Shown here piece by piece: positions 1 through 9,317 of a stretch of DNA of 64,000 nucleotides. The stretch spans positions 576,001-640,000 of the forward strand of contig JALSOH010000004.1 of assembly GCA_026986575.1 (NCBI GenBank), written 5' to 3'. Each line of letters opens with the position of its first letter. Positions within the stretch are counted from its first letter, which is position 1. The DNA comes from Thermoproteota archaeon. GTDB taxonomy: Archaea; Korarchaeota; Korarchaeia; Korarchaeales; Korarchaeaceae. The position numbers and the translations under genes are program-made. A model generated the notes under the pieces. It worked only from the letters and a program-made list of their open reading frames with translations. It did no database searches and was not told the DNA's origin.

Positions 1-29
1 GGCGGAACTAAGTTCCGAGGCGGAACTAA
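1..29. promoter_or_regulatory. Repeated palindromic motif directly upstream of the ATPase start (candidate operator)
   Basis: GGCGGAACTAA at 1-11 and 19-29; inverted repeat CGGAACT-A-AGTTCCG at 3-17. Confidence 0.55.
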
Positions 30-1042
30 TGCTATTCGACCTGAGGCCCAAGAAATCTAGAAAAGACCTCTTCGACAGGGAATGGGAGCTAGAGGAGCTG
101 GAAAGAGCCTCTAGCAGATATCCTCTCATCCTACTGTTGGGTATTAGGAGGATAGGTAAGACTAGCGTGGCTTGGTGCTTCCTAGAGGGGAAGAGGGGAT
201 TCTTAATTGACATGAGAGGCGTCGTCCGGCGGGCTGATCTCTACGAGAGGGTGGCTAGAGGACTTGAGGGATCATTAAGCAAGATGAGAAGGTTCCTGAG
301 GGGTATAAGGGGCATTAAGATAGCAGGCGCTGAGGTTGAGATCCAGTGGAGAGGAATGGATTCCCTGAGCCTCACAGGTCTTCTGACAGAATTGAACAAG
401 CTGGGTGAGTTCGTCGTGATCTTGGACGAGGTCCAGCATCTGAGGCAACCCCTCATGTCCGAGGTGAGGGAGATGATAGCCTACGCCTACGATAATCTGG
501 ACAACGTGACCATCATCCTCACGGGCTCGGAGATAGGCATGCTCAGAAGGTTCCTCAGGCTCGAAGATCCATCCTCCCCCCTCTATGGGAGGTACGCATA
601 CGAGGTCGAGGTGAGAAGGTTCACCAAGGAGCAATCCAAGAAGTTCTTGGTTAAGGGGTTCAGGGAAATAGGAATGGAACCGCCGATGGAGGAAGTAGAG
701 AAGGCCGTGGAATTCTTCGACGGGATAGTGGGATGGCTTGTCATTTTCGGTAAATCCTATGCAGAGGGTAAAGGGGACTTCGAGACCATAACGGAGATGG
801 CCATTAGGATGGCCATCACCGAGTTAATGAAACTCGATCCTAGGGAGAAACTCGTCCTCAAGGCCGTTGCCAAGGGGGCAAGGAGCTGGAGCCAGGTGAG
901 AGAGCTGATAGAGGAGAAGGAAGGAGCTGTAATACCTAAATCCTCCCTGTCCAGAACAATCAAGAGGCTGGAGAGGCTAAGCCTCATCAAGGACTATGAA
1001 TTCCTAGATCCCGTTTACGAGAGAGCTGCACTGAGACTGTAG
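29..1042 (+). CDS. Archaeal AAA+/STAND-like ATPase (COG1672, ATPase_2 family) with C-terminal winged helix
   Basis: N-terminal MLFDLRPK..LFDRE.EL, Walker A GIRRIGKTS, Walker B ILDEVQ, TGSEIG, PLYGR, C-terminal wHTH ending FLDPVY. Confidence 0.85.
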   Translation: MLFDLRPKKSRKDLFDREWELEELERASSRYPLILLLGIRRIGKTSVAWCFLEGKRGFLIDMRGVVRRADLYERVARGLEGSLSKMRRFLRGIRGIKIAGAEVEIQWRGMDSLSLTGLLTELNKLGEFVVILDEVQHLRQPLMSEVREMIAYAYDNLDNVTIILTGSEIGMLRRFLRLEDPSSPLYGRYAYEVEVRRFTKEQSKKFLVKGFREIGMEPPMEEVEKAVEFFDGIVGWLVIFGKSYAEGKGDFETITEMAIRMAITELMKLDPREKLVLKAVAKGARSWSQVRELIEEKEGAVIPKSSLSRTIKRLERLSLIKDYEFLDPVYERAALRL

Positions 1043-1074
1043 CTCCTACCCATGATGTGTGGAGCGAATCGCAC

Positions 1075-1094
1075 TTCAACTTAAATTAGTTGAA
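1075..1094. promoter_or_regulatory. Palindrome enclosing the putative TATA box of the DHQ synthase gene
   Basis: TTCAACT-TAAATT-AGTTGAA, ending 15 nt before ATG 1110. Confidence 0.45.
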
Positions 1095-1109
1095 TAGCCC
1101 CTTAGGGCA

Positions 1110-2123
1110 ATGCCAGCGAGCTCCAAGGAGTTCTTCCTATTAGCTGATGGTTCTCCGGATGACGTGATCAGGAAAGTTAGTGAGATGGGCTTTAAAATAG
1201 TTGCTCTATCCTCGGAAGCGAAGGAAAGGACTAAAAACCTCGTAGATCCGGAGCACATCGTGAGGGTCGAGGAATGGCCCTCCAAGGGGGAGATCACTCT
1301 AGTGAGGATAAAAGGACCTGAGGACATGTCAGTGGTCGAGGAGACTGCCTCCACGGGCAAGGTGCTCATTGACAGCGAGGGGTGGAAGATAATCCCCCTA
1401 GAAAACCTGATAGCTAGTCTGGGTGGGGGCGACAGGATATATACGATAGCTGAGACGCTAGATGAAGCTAGATCCCTGCTGGGAGTACTGGAAGTGGGAA
1501 TAAAGGGCGTTGTGATGCCGCTGAAAGATCCCAGCGAGTTAAAAGACGTAATGAGAATGTTGGAGGAAGCCTCTCCCCTTCAACTGGTCGTGGCCGAGGT
1601 CACGGAGGTCAAAGAGGTCGGTATGGGAGACAGAGTGTGCGTGGATACGACATCCCTCCTCTCCAAGGGCGAAGGGATGCTTGTAGGGGGATCAGCCTCC
1701 TTCTTCCTCTTGGTTCACAGCGAGAACATAGAATCCCCATTCACCTCACCTAGAGAGTTCAGGGTGAACGCGGGAGCAGTCTCCAACTACATCTTGGTGC
1801 CCGGCGGGAAGACCAAGTACCTATCGGAGGTCAAGTCTGGAACTGAGGTACTTACTGTCACGAAGGATGGTAAGAGGAGGGCGGTGAGCGTCGGGAGGGC
1901 CAAGGTGGAGAGGAGGCCCCTGGTGCTGGTGAGGGCCAAGTCTCAGGATGCTGAGGGATGGGCGGTGCTGCAGCTTGCTGAAACGGTGCCCCTCATGAAA
2001 CCAGACGGAACCCCTATACCGGTCAGCGAGGTGAAGCCGGGAGATCAGATCTTAGCGTATGTGGAGGAGAAGAAGGCAAGACACTTCGGTATGGCAGTGG
2101 ACGAGTTCATAGAAGAGAGGTAA
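1110..2123 (+). CDS. aroB': 3-dehydroquinate synthase II (archaeal type)
   Basis: GDRVCVDT, GEGMLVG, LVHSE, FRVNAGAV, TKYLSE, GRAKVERRPL, ARHFG motifs. Confidence 0.9.
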   Translation: MPASSKEFFLLADGSPDDVIRKVSEMGFKIVALSSEAKERTKNLVDPEHIVRVEEWPSKGEITLVRIKGPEDMSVVEETASTGKVLIDSEGWKIIPLENLIASLGGGDRIYTIAETLDEARSLLGVLEVGIKGVVMPLKDPSELKDVMRMLEEASPLQLVVAEVTEVKEVGMGDRVCVDTTSLLSKGEGMLVGGSASFFLLVHSENIESPFTSPREFRVNAGAVSNYILVPGGKTKYLSEVKSGTEVLTVTKDGKRRAVSVGRAKVERRPLVLVRAKSQDAEGWAVLQLAETVPLMKPDGTPIPVSEVKPGDQILAYVEEKKARHFGMAVDEFIEER

Positions 2124-2166
2124 AGGGAAGTGAAGGGGGCAGGGAGCTTACTAGATCAACACCCGC

Positions 2167-2598
2167 TCAGAGCTCTATCCCGAACTTAGGAGCTATTTCT
2201 TGTCTGAAGTAGTCTATCGCGAAGACAACCGAGTTGAACTCGCTGGTGAAGATGTCCTTGTTCATTCCCGAGACGGGAATGGTCTTGCTGGATCCTAGGT
2301 TGCCCTCCTCATCCACATCGTACCTTACTTCCGCGAGCGTATAGTGGGCGTTGAGCAGTGCCCTGTAGAACTCCGCACTATCCGGTACCTTTCCACTCTC
2401 CAGTATGGTGGTCCTTATGGCCACCCAGTCGTCACCTACGAGGACGAACACCCAGTACTCGCCGTCCCCAACCTTCCAGAGAGAAGCTATGACACCCTCC
2501 TCCTTCTGATACTTCACACCCATTCCGTTGAGGAACTCCTCTATCTGGGATTCCACTTCAATAGACAGAAGATCACCTAGTTGACCCACAGTGAGCAA
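2167..2598 (-). CDS. YbjN-family (T3SS-chaperone-like) protein; start uncertain
   Basis: [23 protein letters not shown] pattern, size about 130-140 aa. Confidence 0.6.
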   Translation of the reverse strand: MLTVGQLGDLLSIEVESQIEEFLNGMGVKYQKEEGVIASLWKVGDGEYWVFVLVGDDWVAIRTTILESGKVPDSAEFYRALLNAHYTLAEVRYDVDEEGNLGSSKTIPVSGMNKDIFTSEFNSVVFAIDYFRQEIAPKFGIEL

Positions 2599-2633
2599 TA
2601 ATAAGTATGCCTATAATGTCGGGAGCGATAGAG

Positions 2634-3152
2634 ATGCTCGTGGCAGTTGGCTCGATCAATCCCTTGAAGATCGAAGCGGTTAGGAAGGCCTTCTCCTCGG
2701 TATGGGAGGTCGAAGTGAGGGGCATCGAGGTGGACAGCGGTGTCTCTCCCGAACCAGTTGGTCAGGAGGCCATCGTAGGTGCTATGAACAGGGCTAGAAA
2801 GGCGATGGCCGCTCTGAATGCGGACTTCGGCGTGGGTATAGAAGGAGGCGTCTTCCACTTGGGTGGCCGGTACTACTGCGCTGGCTTCGTCTGGGTGGAG
2901 AGGAAGGACGGCATTTACGGTACGGGCACCAGCGGGTGGTTCGAATGCCCGAAAAGTTTCACAGCTAGTCTGCTCACCGGTGTGGAGCTCGGGGATCTCA
3001 TGGCAGAGATAAGCGGGAAGGCCGAGATAAAGAGGGAAGAGGGGGCGATAGGCTACTTCACCAGGGGTGTAGTGAGCAGGACCGACCTGTACACACATGG
3101 CGTGCTGATGGCCCTAGCCAAGTTCATCGCGGGTGATAGGTGGCCGGGATGA
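2634..3152 (+). CDS. yjjX: Inosine/xanthosine triphosphatase (YjjX family)
   Basis: [46 protein letters not shown]. Confidence 0.9.
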   Translation: MLVAVGSINPLKIEAVRKAFSSVWEVEVRGIEVDSGVSPEPVGQEAIVGAMNRARKAMAALNADFGVGIEGGVFHLGGRYYCAGFVWVERKDGIYGTGTSGWFECPKSFTASLLTGVELGDLMAEISGKAEIKREEGAIGYFTRGVVSRTDLYTHGVLMALAKFIAGDRWPG

Positions 3153-3156
3153 TAGC

Positions 3157-3672
3157 ATGATGATCGTGGCTCTCTTGGGAGGGAGGAAGGATCTACTCTA
3201 TAAACCGTTGGTCAACATGCTGGCTAGCTCCGGATACAGGGTCGCTGCAGCTGTTCAGCTGAGGAAGGTCGGACTCACTAAAGAGATGAGGGAGTTGGCC
3301 GAAGCGGGGGCCGGTCTGATAGTGGCACATTCAACCAACAGGGTGGTTCTATCGACGACGTATGTGCCAGACGCCTTAGATGAGATTAGGAGGATGGTGG
3401 GCTGCTTGGCGCCTGTGGATCCTGATGCCCTCATTCTACTCGGATTCCAGAAGTTGGTGCGAGATGATGAGAGGATTCTAAAAGCCTTAGCTGTGTGGAG
3501 CGCCAAGGAAGCCGAGTCCCTGCTTGCCGAGATCGCCCCTCCGGTCGTAGGAGTGTACTCCGAGAGAGGGGATTATCCTAGAGGATACTCCACACCAGAG
3601 GAGCTGGCAAATGCTATAGTGGATGAGGGAATGAGGAGGAGACTGATCCAGCCGAGAGTCATTAGACCTTGA
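3157..3672 (+). CDS. MobB-like protein with degenerate P-loop
   Basis: MobB layout (IVALLG..., GYRVA, EAGAGLIV, DALILLGFQ) without the GKT or KH motifs. Confidence 0.5.
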   Translation: MMIVALLGGRKDLLYKPLVNMLASSGYRVAAAVQLRKVGLTKEMRELAEAGAGLIVAHSTNRVVLSTTYVPDALDEIRRMVGCLAPVDPDALILLGFQKLVRDDERILKALAVWSAKEAESLLAEIAPPVVGVYSERGDYPRGYSTPEELANAIVDEGMRRRLIQPRVIRP

Positions 3673-3880
3673 TTGTAATAAAGCGATGTAAGATAGACTT
3701 GGGGTATGGAGACTCATGCAGCGCCTTAATCGCCACTCACTTATGTAAAAGAAATGACACAATTTGTCTAAAATAGACTGCTCAATCCAGCGCATTCCCT
3801 AATATTTAGCTAGGGTTATTTGCCTCTTACCGAGAAAAATTTATAAAGGTTAATGTAGCAACATTATTACGGTGATTGTT

Positions 3881-4267
3881 ATGTTTTCTAAGGAAACCCC
3901 CCATAATAGATCATCATATCTTCTGTTGTTAATTGCTTCAATAGTTGCAATAACCTTGTTAACTGCACCCACAGTAGCTCCCGTAATGGCATTACCAAAC
4001 AACCAAGATATTGAACCTATGACCATCCATACCTGCTTCTATGACTATAGGTATCTACCTCCTCAGGGAGGCGATGTAGTAAGGTATCCCGCAGAGTATC
4101 CATACACAGAGGTGGATAGGGTCAGGATAGTCTATGCGAATCTCAATCCAAGTGACTACTACTGGGACTGGTGGTGGGATCATCATTATCTCAGGATAAT
4201 CATAATAAACTATTCAGAGGCTCTTCCCTTGAAAATAAAATGGCAAGTTTGCTTGACATATCACTAA
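3881..4267 (+). CDS. Small secreted hypothetical protein, aromatic-rich, two Cys
   Basis: Hydrophobic signal peptide; GGTGA SD; upstream AAAAATTTATAAA promoter; low-GC context. Confidence 0.7.
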   Translation: MFSKETPHNRSSYLLLLIASIVAITLLTAPTVAPVMALPNNQDIEPMTIHTCFYDYRYLPPQGGDVVRYPAEYPYTEVDRVRIVYANLNPSDYYWDWWWDHHYLRIIIINYSEALPLKIKWQVCLTYH

Positions 4268-4294
4268 AACCACTGGAATATAAGGGGGTGACCC

Positions 4295-5038
4295 ATGAAA
4301 AAAGGAATCCTGTCCTTAGTTGGCCTCATCCTGATAGTTATAGTAGTGGCTCTATCACTTACAAATCCCGCTTGGATATTTGGAAAAGAAGAGAACATCT
4401 ACATGGTAGGTTTTGGATACGATAAGAAAGAAATAAACTTGATCGCTGAGAGACTTAATGAGAACAAGATACCTTATTCTATCGTTTTAAGAGTTAAAGG
4501 AGAACTTCCCCATGAGGCGCTTGAGGCAACAGGCGAACTAGACAAAGCAAGGGCCTTTCTGCTTAAAAAGGGGATCAACCTCTCCAAACAAGATCGAATC
4601 ACATTCCGTCTGGGTGTAGACCTACTCGGAATGGACAGGAGAACTATAATGAGGTTGTTCGGGCACAAATATCCCATTAACATCCCGCAGGATTGTATTG
4701 TATCAGAACCAATCTTTGAAGCCTTGAAAAAAGCTTATGGAAAGAATGTGGGTGATTGGATTAAAATTAGCATATATACGGGGAGGTCATATCTGAAAAT
4801 CTCGTGCCACATGGTAGGCGCCTTTCCAGAAAGGAGTTCTCTACCATCTTACACTATAGTGATGGACAGGAAGTTCTTGGAAAATGGCATTCAGAATTAT
4901 GTCCACTTATCGGAGGAATTTTTACAATTAAGTAACTTTTCCGACGAAATTATTGTATTATACGTAAGTGATGTTAAGAAGCTAGATGCGATAGAGAAAT
5001 TACTGGGATGCAGCGAATGTTTGATTCCACTTGGATGA
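4295..5038 (+). CDS. Membrane-anchored hypothetical protein resembling a MacB-like periplasmic core domain
   Basis: N-terminal TM helix; CIVSE...NVGDWIKI...VGAF...TIVMD pattern; GGGGTGA SD. Confidence 0.55.
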   Translation: MKKGILSLVGLILIVIVVALSLTNPAWIFGKEENIYMVGFGYDKKEINLIAERLNENKIPYSIVLRVKGELPHEALEATGELDKARAFLLKKGINLSKQDRITFRLGVDLLGMDRRTIMRLFGHKYPINIPQDCIVSEPIFEALKKAYGKNVGDWIKISIYTGRSYLKISCHMVGAFPERSSLPSYTIVMDRKFLENGIQNYVHLSEEFLQLSNFSDEIIVLYVSDVKKLDAIEKLLGCSECLIPLG

Positions 5039-5179
5039 TCTTCCTGATCACAAAAATTTTTTGCTATTCTCCTTTACTAATCTTCCTCATTTATATAAAT
5101 CCTTATAATAGCTTGGTCTTCACAGCACGGAATTTTTCTAATGTTAACCTTAAGTAGGTGAGGCTAGGAGGTCGAATGG

Positions 5180-5515
5180 ATGATCCAAATGCTGGAACTC
5201 TACTTGGAGGTAACCGAGGTTAGGAAGACTCCCTCTGGGATAGTTCTCTCTCTGAGCAGACCTAGAGGGGTTGAGGAAGTTCCTCCTCCGGAAAGTGAGG
5301 AGGAGGCCATGATGTTCCAAGTCGTGAGGGCCATGGAGAAGTACATGAAGCTTCCCTTGCCGATGGGCCAAGTGCAGGTGCCCACCGTGACGATAACCCT
5401 AACGATCGACGAATATGAGAGCTTGGGGAGACCTACTGTCGGAGATATGATCAAGCTGACCATGAAGAAGGGAGAGGTCAGGAGCTTCTCCCCTGGCGGC
5501 AGGATGGAGTACTGA
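5180..5515 (+). CDS. Arcadin-1-like protein
   Basis: C-terminal PTVTITLTIDEYESLGRPTVGDMIKL resembles the Pyrobaculum arcadin-1 PRITLWLTEEE..G..DVGDVIEI; about 110 aa. Confidence 0.65.
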   Translation: MIQMLELYLEVTEVRKTPSGIVLSLSRPRGVEEVPPPESEEEAMMFQVVRAMEKYMKLPLPMGQVQVPTVTITLTIDEYESLGRPTVGDMIKLTMKKGEVRSFSPGGRMEY

Positions 5516-5568
5516 GGGGAAGGAGCCAGCGGTGGGAACGATTTTAACGGACCTTCCCCACCTTCATC

Positions 5569-5868
5569 ATGATGCCCATAGAGGAGGCCATAACCGTTAG
5601 CAAGAAGGGTAAAAGGGAAATTAGGACGCTGGTGTCTAGGGGGAGGTTCGCTCTGATAGAGTACAGGGATCCAGTAACCAAGGAGAGAACGGAGGACAAG
5701 TACAAGCTGGTCCTCTACCACGAGGACGGAAGAGTAGATGAGTACTTCATAATCCCAACGAAGACACCTCACCGTCAACTCCTGATAGAGCCCAAGGAGA
5801 AGAAGGGTATGAAGCTGAAGGTCTGGAACCCCAAGACGAATCAGGTCGAGGACATGTTTCCTAAGTAA
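5569..5868 (+). CDS. Hypothetical basic beta-rich protein
   Basis: 99-aa ORF with typical codon usage; TTTTAA box about 20 nt upstream. Confidence 0.6.
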   Translation: MMPIEEAITVSKKGKREIRTLVSRGRFALIEYRDPVTKERTEDKYKLVLYHEDGRVDEYFIIPTKTPHRQLLIEPKEKKGMKLKVWNPKTNQVEDMFPK

Positions 5869-5877
5869 AAATAGAGA

Positions 5878-6309
5878 TTAGGAGGGAGCGAGCACCTCCA
5901 GCAGCAACCAAGCGACATCTATTATATCTCTCATCGTGATCATACCGATGGGCTTGCCTTCCCCGTCCACCACCGGTAAATGCTTAATGTCAACATCTCT
6001 CATCTTCTTCATGGCGTCAATCACCAGATCGCTGGGCGAGATGCTTATTGGATTCTCGGTCATTAGCATGTGAATGGGAAGTCCCTTCCCCACCTTGCCC
6101 TCAGCTACGGCGAACCTCAGATCCCTGTCGGTGAATATACCCACGAGCTTACCGTCCTTATCCACGACCATCACGCTGCTAATCTTGTTGTCATCCATCA
6201 CCTTGGCGGCCTGCTCTATAGGGGTCTCCTTGTCCACCGTTATGGGAGGGGTGCTCATCACATCCTCCACCCTCAGGGGGAGATGCCTCTTTCTCCTCAA
6301 GAGTGGCAA
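5878..6309 (-). CDS. CBS-domain pair protein
   Basis: VEDVMSTPPITV, LVGIFTDRDL, HLPVVD..GKPIGMITMRDI. Confidence 0.9.
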   Translation of the reverse strand: MPLLRRKRHLPLRVEDVMSTPPITVDKETPIEQAAKVMDDNKISSVMVVDKDGKLVGIFTDRDLRFAVAEGKVGKGLPIHMLMTENPISISPSDLVIDAMKKMRDVDIKHLPVVDGEGKPIGMITMRDIIDVAWLLLEVLAPS

Positions 6310-6372
6310 TATCCCACCTCCGATAGAAATACCATGTTCTGGGCTAAAATCTTTTACAAGCGGAGGGAGCGA

Positions 6373-7413
6373 TCAGGAGATGACCTCTCCCACGTTATCG
6401 GGGATCCGGTAACCCCTCAGCTCGGAGGCCGACCTACTCACATCTTCCGACTTGAGTTTGTCTAGGAACTCCCTTATAGAGGGCTTCTTGAATGATTCTT
6501 TCCGTACGACGAAATCGTAACTCTCCCACATGATCCGCAGGAATCCCAAACCGAAAGATTCCGCCACCTCTCTTATGCCGAACCCAACGTCAGCCTCACC
6601 CTTGACTATTTTCTTGGCCACTCCGATGTGGGTCCTGACCTGAACATCGTATCCCTTTACGGACTTGGACGGGTCGGTCTCCTCGAGACCCATCCTCCTC
6701 ATCTCCATTATCAATATCCTGTCTGCCAGCAACCTAGTGGCTGATCCGGGAGACAAATTGATGTACCTTAACCCCTTCTCTATGATGTCGTAGACGCACT
6801 CCAGTCCTACATCCTTCCTGAACATGACCCCTACCTCCCTGTCGTAGCCCCTGATTAATGTCACTGAGTTTGATAGCCAGAACCTGTCGATGAATGGTTT
6901 GTTGAAATCGCCACTTTCGGGGTCGTACAGGTGAACGGCAGCTACGTCAGCCTCACCCGTGATGAGTTTAGCTATTCCTCCGAGAGAACCGCTCCATGTG
7001 AGATCCATTCTATCCCTGAGGGTCTCCACGACCTTCTCCAACAGTGGATCGTATCCTCCAGCTAAGGTGGATTCCTTCCTAGGTTCCATCCTACCTTCGG
7101 TCAGATTCTCCATGTAGAGATTGAGGAGCTCCTTTCCTACATCCGTCAGGACGGCACCGCCACCCTTCGAACCCCCTCGCCTCACCGATATTAGCTTCTC
7201 CCCCAGCAGCTCCTCTACCCTATTAATTTTGCTCCAGACCCAAGAATAGGATATTCCTTGGGATCTAGCGGCAGCGAGAAGGGACCCCCTCCTCTCGACC
7301 TCCTCGAGTATCTTGGCAAGTCTCGCATCCAAAATTACACGTCCTCTATATAACAGCATCACGTCTTTGCGAACCTTTATCTCCCTCAACTTCTTTCTCA
7401 ATTCCGTTTCCAT
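6373..7413 (-). CDS. ModE-type wHTH fused to a PBP-family ligand-binding domain (FdsR-like regulator)
   Basis: GSLLAAARSQGISYSWVW, RRGGSKGGGAVLT; GSLGGI, ADVAAVHL, GSATR, THIGVA, ESYDFVV. Confidence 0.85.
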   Translation of the reverse strand: METELRKKLREIKVRKDVMLLYRGRVILDARLAKILEEVERRGSLLAAARSQGISYSWVWSKINRVEELLGEKLISVRRGGSKGGGAVLTDVGKELLNLYMENLTEGRMEPRKESTLAGGYDPLLEKVVETLRDRMDLTWSGSLGGIAKLITGEADVAAVHLYDPESGDFNKPFIDRFWLSNSVTLIRGYDREVGVMFRKDVGLECVYDIIEKGLRYINLSPGSATRLLADRILIMEMRRMGLEETDPSKSVKGYDVQVRTHIGVAKKIVKGEADVGFGIREVAESFGLGFLRIMWESYDFVVRKESFKKPSIREFLDKLKSEDVSRSASELRGYRIPDNVGEVIS

Positions 7414-7516
7414 CTCTATCGGGACAGCCCACGGAGATCCCTAATAATTCTAGTGGTGAGGATAATGACACGCGTAAAACGCTATTCACGCTACCAATAA
7501 CCACGAGATCCTTAAG

Positions 7517-8338
7517 CTAGGAAAGACTGCTCCTAGAATTCGTACGTTCGAGTCTATCGAGGAGATCCCTAAACCTCAGTACAGGAGGATCAGCAGGAAA
7601 GATCATCTTAGAAACTGAAGGAACCAGTGGAGGTCTTATTCCGACTTCACGGAGCTCTTTCACTCTCACCAGCAGGTCAGGAGCTGGACCACTCATGACC
7701 AGCTCACCATTCTTCAGAATGTGGACCGTATCGGAAATCTCAGCGGCCATGTCGGAGTTCTGGGAACTGATTACCACGATTCTATTCCTCTCCCTGAAGC
7801 GTCTTACGAGCTCAAGAAGACGCTCCGTTCCTTCCGCATCGAGAGAAGACCAAGGTTCGTCTAGCAAGAGGATCTCGGGATCATGGGCGAGGAGCCCCGC
7901 TAAGATCACCTTGGCGGCCTGTCCTCTGCTCAATCTCAGCGGAGATCTAGACGCCAGGTCCTCTATCCCGAAGAACCGGAGGGCCTCCTCGACCCTATCC
8001 TTTACCTCCCCCTCATCCAGTCCCAGCTGCCTAGGCGCAAGAGCGACATCCTCCCACACAGTCGGAGCCAAGAGCTGATCTCTAGGATCCTGAAATAGTA
8101 TGCCGCAGTGCTTCCTGAACCAATTTCCCAAGGACTTCCCATCAATGGTCACCTCTCCCTCGGTTGGAGTCAAGAGACCAGCCATCAAGAGGAGTAGAGT
8201 GGTCTTTCCCGAGCCGTTAGGTCCCAGAACGAACGTGATCTCCCCCGGCCCGACTTCTAGGTTTACATCTATGAGAGCAGGCGTTCCGTCTGGGTACGAG
8301 TAGCTGACGTTTCTCAGGGAGAGTATCACAGGATACAC
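7517..8338 (-). CDS. cbiO: ECF Ni/Co transporter ATPase (NikO/CbiO)
   Basis: YSYPDGTPAL, GPNGSGKTT, LFQDPRDQL, LLLDEP; the H-loop reads SSQN. Confidence 0.85.
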   Translation of the reverse strand: MYPVILSLRNVSYSYPDGTPALIDVNLEVGPGEITFVLGPNGSGKTTLLLLMAGLLTPTEGEVTIDGKSLGNWFRKHCGILFQDPRDQLLAPTVWEDVALAPRQLGLDEGEVKDRVEEALRFFGIEDLASRSPLRLSRGQAAKVILAGLLAHDPEILLLDEPWSSLDAEGTERLLELVRRFRERNRIVVISSQNSDMAAEISDTVHILKNGELVMSGPAPDLLVRVKELREVGIRPPLVPSVSKMIFPADPPVLRFRDLLDRLERTNSRSSLS

Positions 8339-9054
8339 CTCGCACAGGACAAGGACATGGACAGGAGGAAGGTCCCCATCAAAATGATATCCCTCTTCAC
8401 AAAGGAATTACCGATTAAGGGGTTCCATACCCTCGACTTTCTAGCTAAGGAGATAGTGAAGGCCCTCTCCATCCCCCGGTTGAGCAATTCAGAGGCCGCG
8501 AGCGATACAACCTCGTACATCATGGAAGGACTTTCATCGAAGTTCCTAGACCCCTTTGCAATTATCAACCAACCCGCATTCCTCAAATAGTAAGAGATCT
8601 GCCCGAGCATTATGTCTAAAGATTCGGGGAGCCGGGGAGCTATCAATGCAAGCCCCTCAAGTATGGATTTGGTACCGAAGAGGGTAGCAGAGGTTTCTAG
8701 GACTAGGAGGCTGGACAGGACCCTGAGAGGCGTCATTAGGGGATCTAGGGACCCGGACAGGTACACCTTGGGGAGCATTATCACTGAGGTGAAGATCGCC
8801 CACACCGCCGAAATCTTCAGGAACCTCGTCCATGCGTGGCCAATGAGATAGAATCCCCATAGGGTGGATATGATGGAGAGATACGCAAGCTGGACCACAT
8901 TAGAGGAGAACGATGGGATAGACGCCAGAAAAACGGTTATGGGGAGGGATAGACTCGGAGAGACGTGCACCTCTCCCCTGAGCAGTTCTAAAGAGGTTAC
9001 CCAGTCTCCTAACCCCTTCATCAGATCGGTGAAGGCCTTCTCCAGCCACGTCAA
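8326..9054 (-). CDS. cbiQ: ECF transmembrane component (NikQ/CbiQ)
   Basis: Multi-TM; AKGSR and ARKSR motifs; operon position. Confidence 0.75.
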   Translation of the reverse strand: MTWLEKAFTDLMKGLGDWVTSLELLRGEVHVSPSLSLPITVFLASIPSFSSNVVQLAYLSIISTLWGFYLIGHAWTRFLKISAVWAIFTSVIMLPKVYLSGSLDPLMTPLRVLSSLLVLETSATLFGTKSILEGLALIAPRLPESLDIMLGQISYYLRNAGWLIIAKGSRNFDESPSMMYEVVSLAASELLNRGMERAFTISLARKSRVWNPLIGNSFVKRDIILMGTFLLSMSLSCARCIL

Positions 9055-9317
9055 TCTCTTCTACCTCTCAGCAAGGCGGGCAGGAGGAGGACCCCTACAC
9101 CAACCAAGCCCGATATCACGTACCCTATCACATCCGGTATGCCAGGTACCGTGTAGTCCGGGAAGACTCCCGTCCAGATAGGTTCACTCTCGCCGAGTCC
9201 GATCAGTTCCGCGGCTACATCTAGTGGCTCGTGGTATCCTACTATCTCTGCTCCGATTACCCCGAAGATGGGGCTCACGAGGACCAATATAAGTATCAAG
9301 AGGTAGGACCTCCTCAC
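9051..9317 (-). CDS. ECF accessory subunit (NikN, PDGLE domain)
   Basis: EPLDVAAE, FPDYTVPG, two TM helices. Confidence 0.8.
   Translation of the reverse strand: MRRSYLLILILVLVSPIFGVIGAEIVGYHEPLDVAAELIGLGESEPIWTGVFPDYTVPGIPDVIGYVISGLVGVGVLLLPALLRGRRD

Noticed and set aside
5200-5778. 192-aa minus-strand ORF and similar antisense ORFs (e.g. 51858-52523, 2577-3098)
   Set aside because: Shadow frames of well-supported genes, with no motifs
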